Positions 27,049 to 36,059 of a stretch of 40,858 nucleotides of DNA are shown piece by piece. This DNA comes from a virus. Its lineage: Duplodnaviria > Caudoviricetes. Under the pieces are notes generated by a model that was not told where the DNA came from, searched no databases, and worked only from the letters and a program-made list of their open reading frames with translations. The stretch lies in the IMG/VR virus record IMGVR_UViG_3300046170_000417, positions 1 to 40,858 of that record, one strand, 5' to 3'. The position numbers and the translations under genes are program-made. The number at the start of each line of letters is the position of its first letter. Position 1 is the first letter of the stretch.

Positions 27049-27879
27049 AGCGCACACTCATAACTTTACTCTTAATTATTCCCGTAGCTAAATCTGCTGT
27101 TATTACCTCTGTAGAAGGAAATGTATTCCTAGTAAACCCTACAGAAAACCCTAACATCAACCCTGTGGTCAATATCCAAAGGCCTATCCAGATTAGCAAT
27201 GAGGAGGTTGTAGATATAGTTGAAAGTAAAGATAAGAAGTTAGATATGGTTATCACTTGGGACGCAGATGAAGAAGAAATTTATGATTTTTATGACGCTC
27301 CAAATTGGGATTTTTCACAATCAGACTCTCTGGAACTAGATAGGGATTCCCCTATCGCCAACATATTAACTATTACAGACGCCTTTGATACTTGAAGATA
27401 GCCCCTCTTATTCAAATATCGAAATCGGTGATGGTTTTTCGGTGACATTGAAATCTACGGATTTTACTTTTCAAAACAACAATGGTTTTACTGGAGTAAA
27501 TGATGATGATGATGTTTACTCTACCCTGAATATAACTGAAGGATCAAGTATGGACGCTATGTTTTCTGCAATCGGATTAAAGATAAATGTAGATTCGACT
27601 AGCAGCTTGACGCTCCGAGGGGCTGGGGACTCAATAAACAGCCAAACAGAAAGGTCTATTGTCAATTTGTCTCCAAATGCCAAACTCACTTTAAATTCAA
27701 TACAGGAGTTTTCGGAACAAGGGAATGATATCTACTTAAACGGGGTGTCCTTTTCCCAAGATCCTTCTATTTTGAAGTTTAATGGAACTACGGGGACTGC
27801 AATTCCAGAAATTAATTTCGTTCTTTTTAGCGCAATCCCTATTATATTGCTTTTAGGTAATAAAAAACGGCACCCGTAA
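27045..27879 (+). CDS. Secreted PEP-CTERM-like surface protein (one frameshift near 27385)
   Basis: Signal peptide MKRTLITLLLIIPVAKS-AVIT and C-terminus AIPE + hydrophobic helix + KKR. The two ORFs fuse if one T is removed from gcctttgata. Confidence 0.65.
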
Positions 27880-27894
27880 TGGATGCCGTTTTTA
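27862..27894. terminator. Bidirectional intrinsic terminator between convergent genes
   Basis: aaaaacggca-ccc-gtaat-gga-tgccgttttt inverted repeat with A/T tails on both sides. Confidence 0.8.
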
Positions 27895-27895
27895 T

Positions 27896-28132
27896 TCAAT
27901 CGAAAAGTTCTCTTTCTAGTTTTCTATATCGGGCATCAGAGTGCCAAATTTCATCAGTCGGAGGAGTGTATATCCCCTCCTGAGTCTGAACTGGAGTCCC
28001 CGCCTTGAGCTTTAATGAAGACGGTTGATATATGTTCAAAGTCGTCGTTTTCGGACTTGAGCCGCTTTCGCAAGAGGTCAGCCCTATCAGAGGAGTTACT
28101 ATCGCCAGCAGCCCGTAGTTCTTCAATTTCAT
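27896..28132 (-). CDS. Lipoprotein, putative o-spanin (Rz1-like)
   Basis: MKLKNYGLLAIVTPLIGLTSC lipobox and a Pro-containing mature part; overlaps ORF 27954-28250 out of frame. Confidence 0.55.
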   Translation of the reverse strand: MKLKNYGLLAIVTPLIGLTSCESGSSPKTTTLNIYQPSSLKLKAGTPVQTQEGIYTPPTDEIWHSDARYRKLERELFD

Positions 28133-28250
28133 TAATGAGTTCATTTTTTATCCTTCTGTGGTTGTTTTTTATCTCAAAAAACGCCAACCTGTTCCTCAAC
28201 TCAAGGTAAAGTCTAAGGCTTTGGGTTAATGCTTTTATTATAGAGATCAT
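27954..28250 (-). CDS. Coiled-coil protein, putative i-spanin (Rz-like)
   Basis: 98 aa helical protein overlapping the lipoprotein gene. Its N-terminal anchor is only weakly hydrophobic. Confidence 0.45.
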   Translation of the reverse strand: MISIIKALTQSLRLYLELRNRLAFFEIKNNHRRIKNELINEIEELRAAGDSNSSDRADLLRKRLKSENDDFEHISTVFIKAQGGDSSSDSGGDIHSSD

Positions 28251-28420
28251 TTCTTTTTCTTACTTACAACGAAAACTTCTTTTTCTGAATCGCTTTCTAT
28301 GATTTTAACGGAACCCATTACGTGTTTAGCACAGGTAATAGCATCATCTTCTGAAATGTACGAGTGGTGGTAATGACCTTTTTTGTCATAAACCCTGTAT
28401 CTTACCAATTCTTGGTTCAT
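28247..28420 (-). CDS. Small hypothetical protein (not in ORF track)
   Basis: 57 aa, MNQELVRYRVYDKKGHYHHSY...KKKK*. Its stop overlaps the next ATG (ATGA). Confidence 0.62.
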   Translation of the reverse strand: MNQELVRYRVYDKKGHYHHSYISEDDAITCAKHVMGSVKIIESDSEKEVFVVSKKKK

Positions 28421-28421
28421 C

Positions 28422-28670
28422 TTATTGTTTAAATTCTAGTGTTACTTTGGCTACAAATGATTTGTCATCTGAAATCAACCCATGTACTAGAGCTTTGCTA
28501 CCTGTAAAATGTACAGACTTAGTGTCTAATAGATATATTTCTCCATTAATATCTAGAGCTTGTACTGATGGGGTGCTTGACGTAAATTTGAAATCTTCGC
28601 ATTTTGCTACCTTTTCTTGTAACCTGCTACTCAAAGAGCTTGTTCCTATGACTTTGAAACTTGTTTGCAT
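28422..28670 (-). CDS. Hypothetical protein
   Basis: 82 aa ORF heading the minus-strand operon; TTGACA lies at 28709-28704 upstream. Confidence 0.65.
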   Translation of the reverse strand: MQTSFKVIGTSSLSSRLQEKVAKCEDFKFTSSTPSVQALDINGEIYLLDTKSVHFTGSKALVHGLISDDKSFVAKVTLEFKQ

Positions 28671-28756
28671 TATTTATTATGATAATCACAACAATCGCCT
28701 ATTTGTCAACGATTTTTTAGAGTAATCCTTATTTATTTTTATTATAGTGTGAGAAT

Positions 28757-28763
28757 AAGTGTA
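28757..28763 (+). promoter_or_regulatory. AAGTGTA motif upstream of the tail operon
   Basis: aatAAGTGTAaattaaagcATG. Confidence 0.55.
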
Positions 28764-28772
28764 AATTAAAGC

Positions 28773-30656
28773 ATGGCATCTGAAGGAAGGAATAAGGCAG
28801 CAAAAAGTTTATTGGATCTACAACCGACAGCGGTTCTAGAGCTTTTCTTGTTATACCCTGATTTTAAAAACGAACCTAGTAAGTTTTATACTTTCCATCC
28901 GGGTTCTGTATTCAAGAATCCTGTAGTCTGGAATGGGTTGCAATACATGCCTTTGTCCGTAGACACAGAAGGTTTCGGAATATTTGGGGATGGTACTTTA
29001 CCTAGACCTAAGATAAGAATAGCCAACACAGATAAGATAATTACTGTATTGTTGCAGCAGTACTCAGACCTCAAAAATGCCGTAATATACAGAAAGAAGG
29101 TCTTCGTAAAACACTTAGATGATGCGAATTTTGATGGCGGTAACCCTTTTGGTGTTGCAGATGGAAATGCAGAGATAACAGAAGAGAAGTATTTAATTGG
29201 TCAAAAAGTACTAGAAAACTTCAATTATGTGGAGTTTGAGTTAAATTTACCAACAGATCTAGACAATTTTGATGTAAACCAAAGGACTGTAAACGCCAAG
29301 TATTGCTATTGGCAGTATAGGGGGTTAGGCTGCGGATACCAAGGTAAGCCTATAGAAACAGCAACTGCGGAACCCTTCAAAGACCCAAATGGCAATATTG
29401 TTCCTGTTGATCTACAAGACGATTTCAACACTTCTCGTTTTGAATACAACGCAAACAATCAGTATTTTGTGGCACGTAATGGTGATGATAATAAGCTTAC
29501 AGCCTGTTACATTGAAAACAAAAAATTAATAATAGATAGGGATAAGAACGGACTGCCAATCTACTTTAGGACTTGGTATGTGTGTGTTCAAGCTCATAGC
29601 TCAACAAACCCACAGTTCCCAGAAGGGAATCCTAGTTATTGGCAACAGGATAATTGCAGTAAAAGCATACAGTCTTGTAAAAGAAGGTTTAGTGAGACAA
29701 AAACTTACCAAAAGTTTATCGGTGCGGCATCACAAAATTTGAAATATGTCTCATTTAAAGAGAGGTCAGAGTCAAGTCCTGTCGGTATTCAGTTTGCTAG
29801 TGCAGCTAGTTTATTTACTAGTGCTAATTCAGTTTTGACCTTTCAAAACTCAAACGCAAAAGCTTTCAGCATAACCTTTTGGTTGAGAAATACAAAATCG
29901 CAGGACTCAATAAAGACCATATTCTCTTCTAGTCACGATGGTCAAATCAATAGGGTCCAGAACACAACAAAAAAGACTTCACCTTTATACTACTACCAAA
30001 AGGGTGTAAAGAACGTCTTGAGTGAATCTTTTGGAGAAGAAACTCGAAAAGAAAACGTCTTTGGTTTTGCTTCCATTGTTTGGAATAAAGAGCAGTTGAT
30101 TCACTCTTGGAATGACACTGTAAAACAAAAAGCCCAAGGTGTTATAAGCACATCTGACAATACGCCAGATTTCTTTTCTTTGTTTGAGCTTCAACAAATT
30201 GGGACAGCGCCTCGTCACAATGTGTCTTTTATGGGTGATATCGCTCAAGTTTGTGTTTGGGATCGGGCTTTAACAACTGATGAGCTTACAAAATTAAGAA
30301 AGACAAATGTGTCTAGGGATGCTCCATTCAAAGATGTGTTTATGCCTCTGGAGTATTCTCAGTGTACTGGGGAGTTAGCTACATTAACTGGGGAAGCTGG
30401 TGCAGGTGGTTTAGTAGCTTGGTATGATATGAATACAGGAGCTTTAGGTTCAGAAACCGGACTTTTAGACAGCTCTTCTCACAATCTTCATCTCACTGGT
30501 TATGGGGATTTAAGAGCTGACAACTTTGAAACAGTTAGTTATATTAACGAAACTACAGACTTTGTAGAAAGCACCCAAGAATACTTCTTTTTGCCTTTCG
30601 GAGGGTTTCCGGGGACAGATGGATACGACTACAACCCAAGACCTTCCCAACAATGA
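28773..30656 (+). CDS. Lambda gpL-like minor tail protein with LamG-like insertion
   Basis: GTLPRPKI, VEFEL, CYWQYRG.GCGY, CSKS...CKRRF and LPFGGFPG; insert with F.GDIAQVCVWDRALT..EL. Confidence 0.88.
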   Translation: MASEGRNKAAKSLLDLQPTAVLELFLLYPDFKNEPSKFYTFHPGSVFKNPVVWNGLQYMPLSVDTEGFGIFGDGTLPRPKIRIANTDKIITVLLQQYSDLKNAVIYRKKVFVKHLDDANFDGGNPFGVADGNAEITEEKYLIGQKVLENFNYVEFELNLPTDLDNFDVNQRTVNAKYCYWQYRGLGCGYQGKPIETATAEPFKDPNGNIVPVDLQDDFNTSRFEYNANNQYFVARNGDDNKLTACYIENKKLIIDRDKNGLPIYFRTWYVCVQAHSSTNPQFPEGNPSYWQQDNCSKSIQSCKRRFSETKTYQKFIGAASQNLKYVSFKERSESSPVGIQFASAASLFTSANSVLTFQNSNAKAFSITFWLRNTKSQDSIKTIFSSSHDGQINRVQNTTKKTSPLYYYQKGVKNVLSESFGEETRKENVFGFASIVWNKEQLIHSWNDTVKQKAQGVISTSDNTPDFFSLFELQQIGTAPRHNVSFMGDIAQVCVWDRALTTDELTKLRKTNVSRDAPFKDVFMPLEYSQCTGELATLTGEAGAGGLVAWYDMNTGALGSETGLLDSSSHNLHLTGYGDLRADNFETVSYINETTDFVESTQEYFFLPFGGFPGTDGYDYNPRPSQQ

Positions 30657-31048
30657 ATGAAAAACAAGCTTTAGAAACTATAAAAAAAATATGCGAATCT
30701 AACGAATATATAGAGATTTGTGGTTTTTTGGGTTACGATAGGTCTTCAGATAAGTATGTCGTTAGTCAACAAGATAACATATCAGAAGATCCTTCTAAAT
30801 ACTTTATGATAGATCCTATTGACTACCTATTGTTCAAGGATAAGTGTGAAATGGTGGCTGTTTACCATAGCCATACAGAGGGTAGTGAGCAACCTTCTAA
30901 GTTCGACATTAAAATGGCAGAGAGTTGTTGCGACCCTTTTTTGATTTACAGCCTAGAAACTAAAAAAATTCATATTTATGAGCCTAAAAACATGGATTTA
31001 GATGTAAGTATACTTAACAGGGTAAAGGATTGCAATGACCAAAATTAA
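30653..31048 (+). CDS. JAB/MPN domain tail assembly protein (gpK-like, no NlpC/P60 domain)
   Basis: EICG and VYHSH....PS..D JAMM motif; positioned between L and I. Confidence 0.85.
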   Translation: MNEKQALETIKKICESNEYIEICGFLGYDRSSDKYVVSQQDNISEDPSKYFMIDPIDYLLFKDKCEMVAVYHSHTEGSEQPSKFDIKMAESCCDPFLIYSLETKKIHIYEPKNMDLDVSILNRVKDCNDQN

Positions 31049-31625
31049 ACTACATGGTATACTGGCTAAGGAGTATGGAGAAATCTTCAATATGGAGATC
31101 TCCAAGCCAAGAGATGTTATAAAAGCTATAGATTGCAATCGTTCTGGGTTCAGGAGAAGAGTGGTGGATCTGCAGAAGGAGGGGTTTATTTACGATATTC
31201 TGGTGGACCGAAAAAGGATGAACAAGGAGTCATTCTTGAATAGCAAGAACCCTAAGCAGATAGATTTAGTCCCTGTGATAGTCGGTTCTGGGTTAACAGT
31301 TTTAGAAGCTATACTTGTTGCGGTGGCTCAAGTAGTTATAAGTTACGCTCTAATGGACCCCGGGACATTGGATGGTGGGGAGGCGACAGTGGGAAGCACC
31401 AAAGGCTCCTTACTTTTTCAAGGGGGGAATGCAAACATAGCGAGCCAAGGTAGCCCAATACCTATAGGTTACGGCAGGTTGAAGGTGGGCTCTCAGATAG
31501 TGCAAAGCTCTGTAAAATCCTTCCCACAATCCATAGAGTCGTCCAAGGTTATGACATCGAATCAATTAACCATTATTGATTCACCTGAGGCTGAAGTAAA
31601 ATCTAATAAGGTGGACACTGCATAA
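31035..31625 (+). CDS. Lambda gpI-like tail assembly protein
   Basis: IKLHGILAK.YG, IDLVPVIVGSG and QGSPIPIGYGRLKVGS. Confidence 0.88.
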   Translation: MTKIKLHGILAKEYGEIFNMEISKPRDVIKAIDCNRSGFRRRVVDLQKEGFIYDILVDRKRMNKESFLNSKNPKQIDLVPVIVGSGLTVLEAILVAVAQVVISYALMDPGTLDGGEATVGSTKGSLLFQGGNANIASQGSPIPIGYGRLKVGSQIVQSSVKSFPQSIESSKVMTSNQLTIIDSPEAEVKSNKVDTA

Positions 31626-34600
31626 TGAAACATCTAGAAAAAAAAATAAATCTAAGAGGTGGTTTGTTCGGTAGTAAACCCAAAGTTAAACCAGCGACTT
31701 TAAGGCCACCTGCTATTGGGGATTTCCAATTTGCTTCTTCTTTTAGTTATGTGGAGAACCTAGATCTTATATCAGACGGGCCTATTGAGGGGTTGGTGAA
31801 TAAAGAAGGCTCCCTGCTTGACCCCCAGAACTTATCACAGGGTGTCTACTTAAACGGAACACCAGTTCAGGTTTCCAACAATTCTAAAGTGTTGGATGCA
31901 GACATTGATTCCGATTTCAAAAAAATATCAAGTGGTGGATCTGAAATCTTTGATACGACTGCAGCGCTAGCTAGTAAATCCTTCTTTAACACCATAGAAA
32001 ATGAAAGAGGGAGGAAAGGTGTATTTTTGCACCACGCATCCGATTACAGTAACAAAAAGCCTGTACAAAGGTTGTATAATGTTGTCCAAGGTTTGAGTAC
32101 TTTCAGGTATTTGTCCACATCTCAATTCACTTCTGCAATAACAGGTAAAGGTGTATTGGTGACAAATGGCTATACACAAATACACGTATCTTCTGATGCT
32201 AACAATGATATAGCATTGGTTTTCGCCTCTAGACCTATCAGGTCTGAGAAAGAAGGTGAGGTTGTTAATCATAGGGCTTTCCAGTTTGGCGAAACTAGTT
32301 TTTCAAGTGTGGGTGAAGTTCAAAATGCAAGAAGCCAAGCCTTAAAAACCTTTGCAGATACAAACAGTAGAAAGCTGTTGTCAGATTTGTTGGATATCTG
32401 GGACGATGTAACAAACTATCCAGAGGGTCACCCGATGAGAGTATCCATAGATAGGGCTATGAGGATCAACTTTGGCCAGAATTGGCAGTCGCAAGCTTCA
32501 GAATCTAATAGGGAACTTTATTTCCTTAAAAGGATTTTTGGAAAATTAAGAAGTTACGACAAAGGTGGGGCTATAGTTCTCTTTTCAGACGACTTCTCAA
32601 TTCAAAGCAGCAGGACAATAACCCAATCTAGCGTTTCAATTCAGCCTGTAAGTTCTACCACTTCAGAGAGTCCACTGGCTACAAGAAATAGAGTGGTCAA
32701 CTTACTTATCCCTGTTTTAGATTCTGGCGGTGTAACGAATGGAAGTGTTATAGGTATTTATGTTGTATTGACAGACGACACTGAATCTGACGATTTACCA
32801 AAATCTCACAAGAATAAAGCTATCCAAGTCGGTGAGTCTGCAATGGATTTCTTTAAAAACTTGAACGGTTTTAAACTTTTCGAAAACCCAACTGACATTC
32901 TTGACCAGAACTCTACTGTGAAGTACAACTATTCTAACGTCTTAGTTGAAGAGAGGCTTGGTGAATCATCACAATTACCATTTCGTTATTTTAACGAAGT
33001 TTTTATTGATAAAAATATAAACGAAAGGCTTTATGGCCCTTACCGACTCAATGGGGAGGTGCAAAGGTTGAGGGTTCAGTCTGGAGATAAGCCAGAGGAT
33101 TTAAAAAAAGATGATGCAGATTTCATGTTTTATACTTCTGATTCTGACGGTGATCTACTGCCAGACTCAGAAGGTAGCAATGACAACCTAAGGGACGGAA
33201 AAGGCACTGCAAATAGAAGTTTTACAGATTGGAATTCAACTAATTCAGCCAATAACTTAGACGAAGAAGCAGTTTCTGTTACTCATGTGATCTACAACCC
33301 TAATGTAGAAGAGGTTTTTATAACATTACAGGTTGATGCTCTATTTGACACTAACGAAAGAGATAGAAATCCTGAAAGTGATAAAGCTATAAAAGCTGGA
33401 GATAAAATACCAGCAGTTGTAAATTTTGAGATTGAAGTCGGGATGATAAAAACAGATGGCACAGAAGTACCTAAAGATACTAGAAGGTACAGAATGGCTG
33501 CTGTTATAGAAGGGACCACCTTAATAGACATTGGGAATGCTCACTCGACAGGTCAATATTCAGACTTTGAGTATTTGCAATTAGTTGACGGGGGTAGTAC
33601 AGAGAACCCAGTCTCAGAACCATTTAAACTTCCACCTGTAAAACAGGTTAACACGACAGACAGTATAGAAAGCGTGTCTGAGAAAAGATACATAAGAGTA
33701 ACCAAGTTATCTACTGAAACATTTTCCATATTAATAAGCAAAGATGTTTCCCTTTATAAGGTGACGGAAATATTAAAATGTAATTTGCGCTACCCTTACT
33801 CCGCTATAATAGGCACTAAGTTGGACTCAAGACAGTTTTCTAGCATACCGGAAAGAAGGTTTGATGCTAGGTTGAAAAGGGTGTTGATCCCCAGCAATTA
33901 CCACCCGACAAGAGACGACTCTTTAAAAACAGATAAGAGGTATCACGATAAAAAGACTGAATTAGACAGTTTGAGTCAAAATGATAAGTTGGTTTATGAT
34001 GGTGATTGGAATGGAACTTTTGTAGAGGGGTGGACCGATAACCCAGCTTGGATAGTCTTTGACCTTTTAACAAACCCTAGGTATGGGTTTGGTCAGCATA
34101 TTTCAGAGGACGAAGTGAACAAGTGGGAATTGTATAAGATAGGTAGGTTTTGCGATGCTGTGGATGACAATGGAAATTTTGTTGGTGTACCAGACGGTAG
34201 GGGTGGCTTAGAACCTAGGTTTTCTTGCAATATATTATTTAATAATAATGAGAAAATTTATGATGCGGTGCAAACAATATCTAGTTTGTTCAGAGGTAAA
34301 ACTTTTTTTAGAAGCGCAGAAGTTTCTTTTGCTGACGAAAGGGTTAAAGAGCCTATAGCGTTATTCAACAATATAAATGTAAAAGACGGATTGTTTAACT
34401 ACGCAAACTTAAGAAGGGATCAGCAGTTTAACACTGTCGAGGTTGGCTATTTGGATAGGTTTGAGGATTTTGTCCCAAAGATTGAGGTAGTAGAAGATGC
34501 TGAAGATATACGTAACAGAGGTGTTTTTAAAAATAGAATAGACGCCTTGGGTGTCACCTCTAAAGCTATGGCTAGGAGAATAGGTCAGCATCTTGTCTAC

Positions 34601-36058
34601 AGGACCGTGAAGGAGAATCAAAAAGTTGCATTCAATACAGGGTTAGAAGCTTTGCTTTGCCAACCCGGAGATTTAATCATAGTGGAGGATGAATTAAAAA
34701 GTAATAAAACTAACTTTGGAAAAGTACTCAGTGTGGACTCAAGCAGTGAATACTTAAGGTTGAGTAGCCCGATTGATAGTTCTATACAGACAGGTTTATT
34801 GACTGTTTATATCCCGACAGGTGATAGTACAACTCAAGAACTTTCAAATTTGGCAAGCAATGACGGGGAGAGGATAAAGGATGTTTTTTCTATAACAGGG
34901 GACGGTGCTATACCCGGACTAAGTGATTACACTGGTTTTTACAACTTTTCTGGCTATTTAAGTGCTTACTCACAAAGTGTTTGTGATAGTGCAGACGACG
35001 ATGAGTATATATTTGTAGATTACCCTGTGTACACAGGTACTGAAAATAAAAAGATCTATTATCATGTCGATGACTTAGACGGTCCAGACCCCCTAGGGAA
35101 GTGGATATTCGCATCAGGGTCCCTGTTAGCCCATGAGACAGATTTAACCACTACGGCTTCAAAAAATGAATATGATTTTTACAGTAGGATAGTGAATGGC
35201 TCCACGGATGTAGAACGAAACTACTCTTTGTTCACATTAAATAACAATTCACATTCAAAACTATATTTTTATAACCCTTCTTTGAGTGTTGGGAATATAA
35301 GTGGGAAAGATATATTCTCTGGCGTGGATAATTCGACTAATGGGGTATCTGTGTCAGACATTACCATAGGTTCCAATCCTCAGATCGTGACACTTCAAGT
35401 TACAGGATTGGTCGGGAATGTAGCTAATGAGATAGGGTCTTATGTCAGTGGGGTGGATCTACCTGACTATCTACAGCATATAAAATTAGGAAGTCCCTAT
35501 CGTTTTGAAATCAAAGAAGCTTCTGACTTTCTGTACAAAATAGATTCTATAAAAGAAGATAACCCCAATGACTACCTAGTGTCAGCTTCAAAATTTGATA
35601 CAGGGAAGTACGAATTGATAGAAAACAATATTTCTTTCGAGCCAAAGGAGAACACTTACGCTTACCAAGTGCAAACCCAAGTTGGTGATGTTACATATGA
35701 CACTCTGTCTTCTCCTCAAAATTTATCCTTGACAACAGGCTTAGGGACGAACGCTAATACTTTCTTTATTAGCGGTGATTGGGACCAAGTGACAAACAAT
35801 AATGGGTACAATGCTATATTAAATTATGCAAACGGCTCAGTATCAGAATCTTCTATAACACAGAACACAAACTCAGTTAAATTCGATAACATAGGAGTTA
35901 TCGGGAAGTTTACTTTAAATGTTAAAACTATAGGAGATAATACAAACAACACAAGCAAGTTCTTTGATTCTGACTATAGCACCATAACATCATTCTTTCT
36001 TTACGATAACCTTTCAGTTTTAGACCGACCAGTTGTAACTAATATTACATTCTCATAA
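31625..36058 (+). CDS. Lambda gpJ-like tail tip / host specificity protein
   Basis: DLISDGPIEGLV, YPYSA, YDGDWNGTF..WTDNPAWI..DLLTNPRYG, EPRFSCN, PGDLI and a C-terminal FN3-like region. Confidence 0.92.
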   Translation: MKHLEKKINLRGGLFGSKPKVKPATLRPPAIGDFQFASSFSYVENLDLISDGPIEGLVNKEGSLLDPQNLSQGVYLNGTPVQVSNNSKVLDADIDSDFKKISSGGSEIFDTTAALASKSFFNTIENERGRKGVFLHHASDYSNKKPVQRLYNVVQGLSTFRYLSTSQFTSAITGKGVLVTNGYTQIHVSSDANNDIALVFASRPIRSEKEGEVVNHRAFQFGETSFSSVGEVQNARSQALKTFADTNSRKLLSDLLDIWDDVTNYPEGHPMRVSIDRAMRINFGQNWQSQASESNRELYFLKRIFGKLRSYDKGGAIVLFSDDFSIQSSRTITQSSVSIQPVSSTTSESPLATRNRVVNLLIPVLDSGGVTNGSVIGIYVVLTDDTESDDLPKSHKNKAIQVGESAMDFFKNLNGFKLFENPTDILDQNSTVKYNYSNVLVEERLGESSQLPFRYFNEVFIDKNINERLYGPYRLNGEVQRLRVQSGDKPEDLKKDDADFMFYTSDSDGDLLPDSEGSNDNLRDGKGTANRSFTDWNSTNSANNLDEEAVSVTHVIYNPNVEEVFITLQVDALFDTNERDRNPESDKAIKAGDKIPAVVNFEIEVGMIKTDGTEVPKDTRRYRMAAVIEGTTLIDIGNAHSTGQYSDFEYLQLVDGGSTENPVSEPFKLPPVKQVNTTDSIESVSEKRYIRVTKLSTETFSILISKDVSLYKVTEILKCNLRYPYSAIIGTKLDSRQFSSIPERRFDARLKRVLIPSNYHPTRDDSLKTDKRYHDKKTELDSLSQNDKLVYDGDWNGTFVEGWTDNPAWIVFDLLTNPRYGFGQHISEDEVNKWELYKIGRFCDAVDDNGNFVGVPDGRGGLEPRFSCNILFNNNEKIYDAVQTISSLFRGKTFFRSAEVSFADERVKEPIALFNNINVKDGLFNYANLRRDQQFNTVEVGYLDRFEDFVPKIEVVEDAEDIRNRGVFKNRIDALGVTSKAMARRIGQHLVYRTVKENQKVAFNTGLEALLCQPGDLIIVEDELKSNKTNFGKVLSVDSSSEYLRLSSPIDSSIQTGLLTVYIPTGDSTTQELSNLASNDGERIKDVFSITGDGAIPGLSDYTGFYNFSGYLSAYSQSVCDSADDDEYIFVDYPVYTGTENKKIYYHVDDLDGPDPLGKWIFASGSLLAHETDLTTTASKNEYDFYSRIVNGSTDVERNYSLFTLNNNSHSKLYFYNPSLSVGNISGKDIFSGVDNSTNGVSVSDITIGSNPQIVTLQVTGLVGNVANEIGSYVSGVDLPDYLQHIKLGSPYRFEIKEASDFLYKIDSIKEDNPNDYLVSASKFDTGKYELIENNISFEPKENTYAYQVQTQVGDVTYDTLSSPQNLSLTTGLGTNANTFFISGDWDQVTNNNGYNAILNYANGSVSESSITQNTNSVKFDNIGVIGKFTLNVKTIGDNTNNTSKFFDSDYSTITSFFLYDNLSVLDRPVVTNITFS

Positions 36059-36059
36059 C

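Noticed and set aside
28679-28709. sigma70 promoter for the minus-strand operon
   Set aside because: TTGACA is perfect, but the best -10 (TATCAT) is 19 nt away, so it was not listed as a feature.
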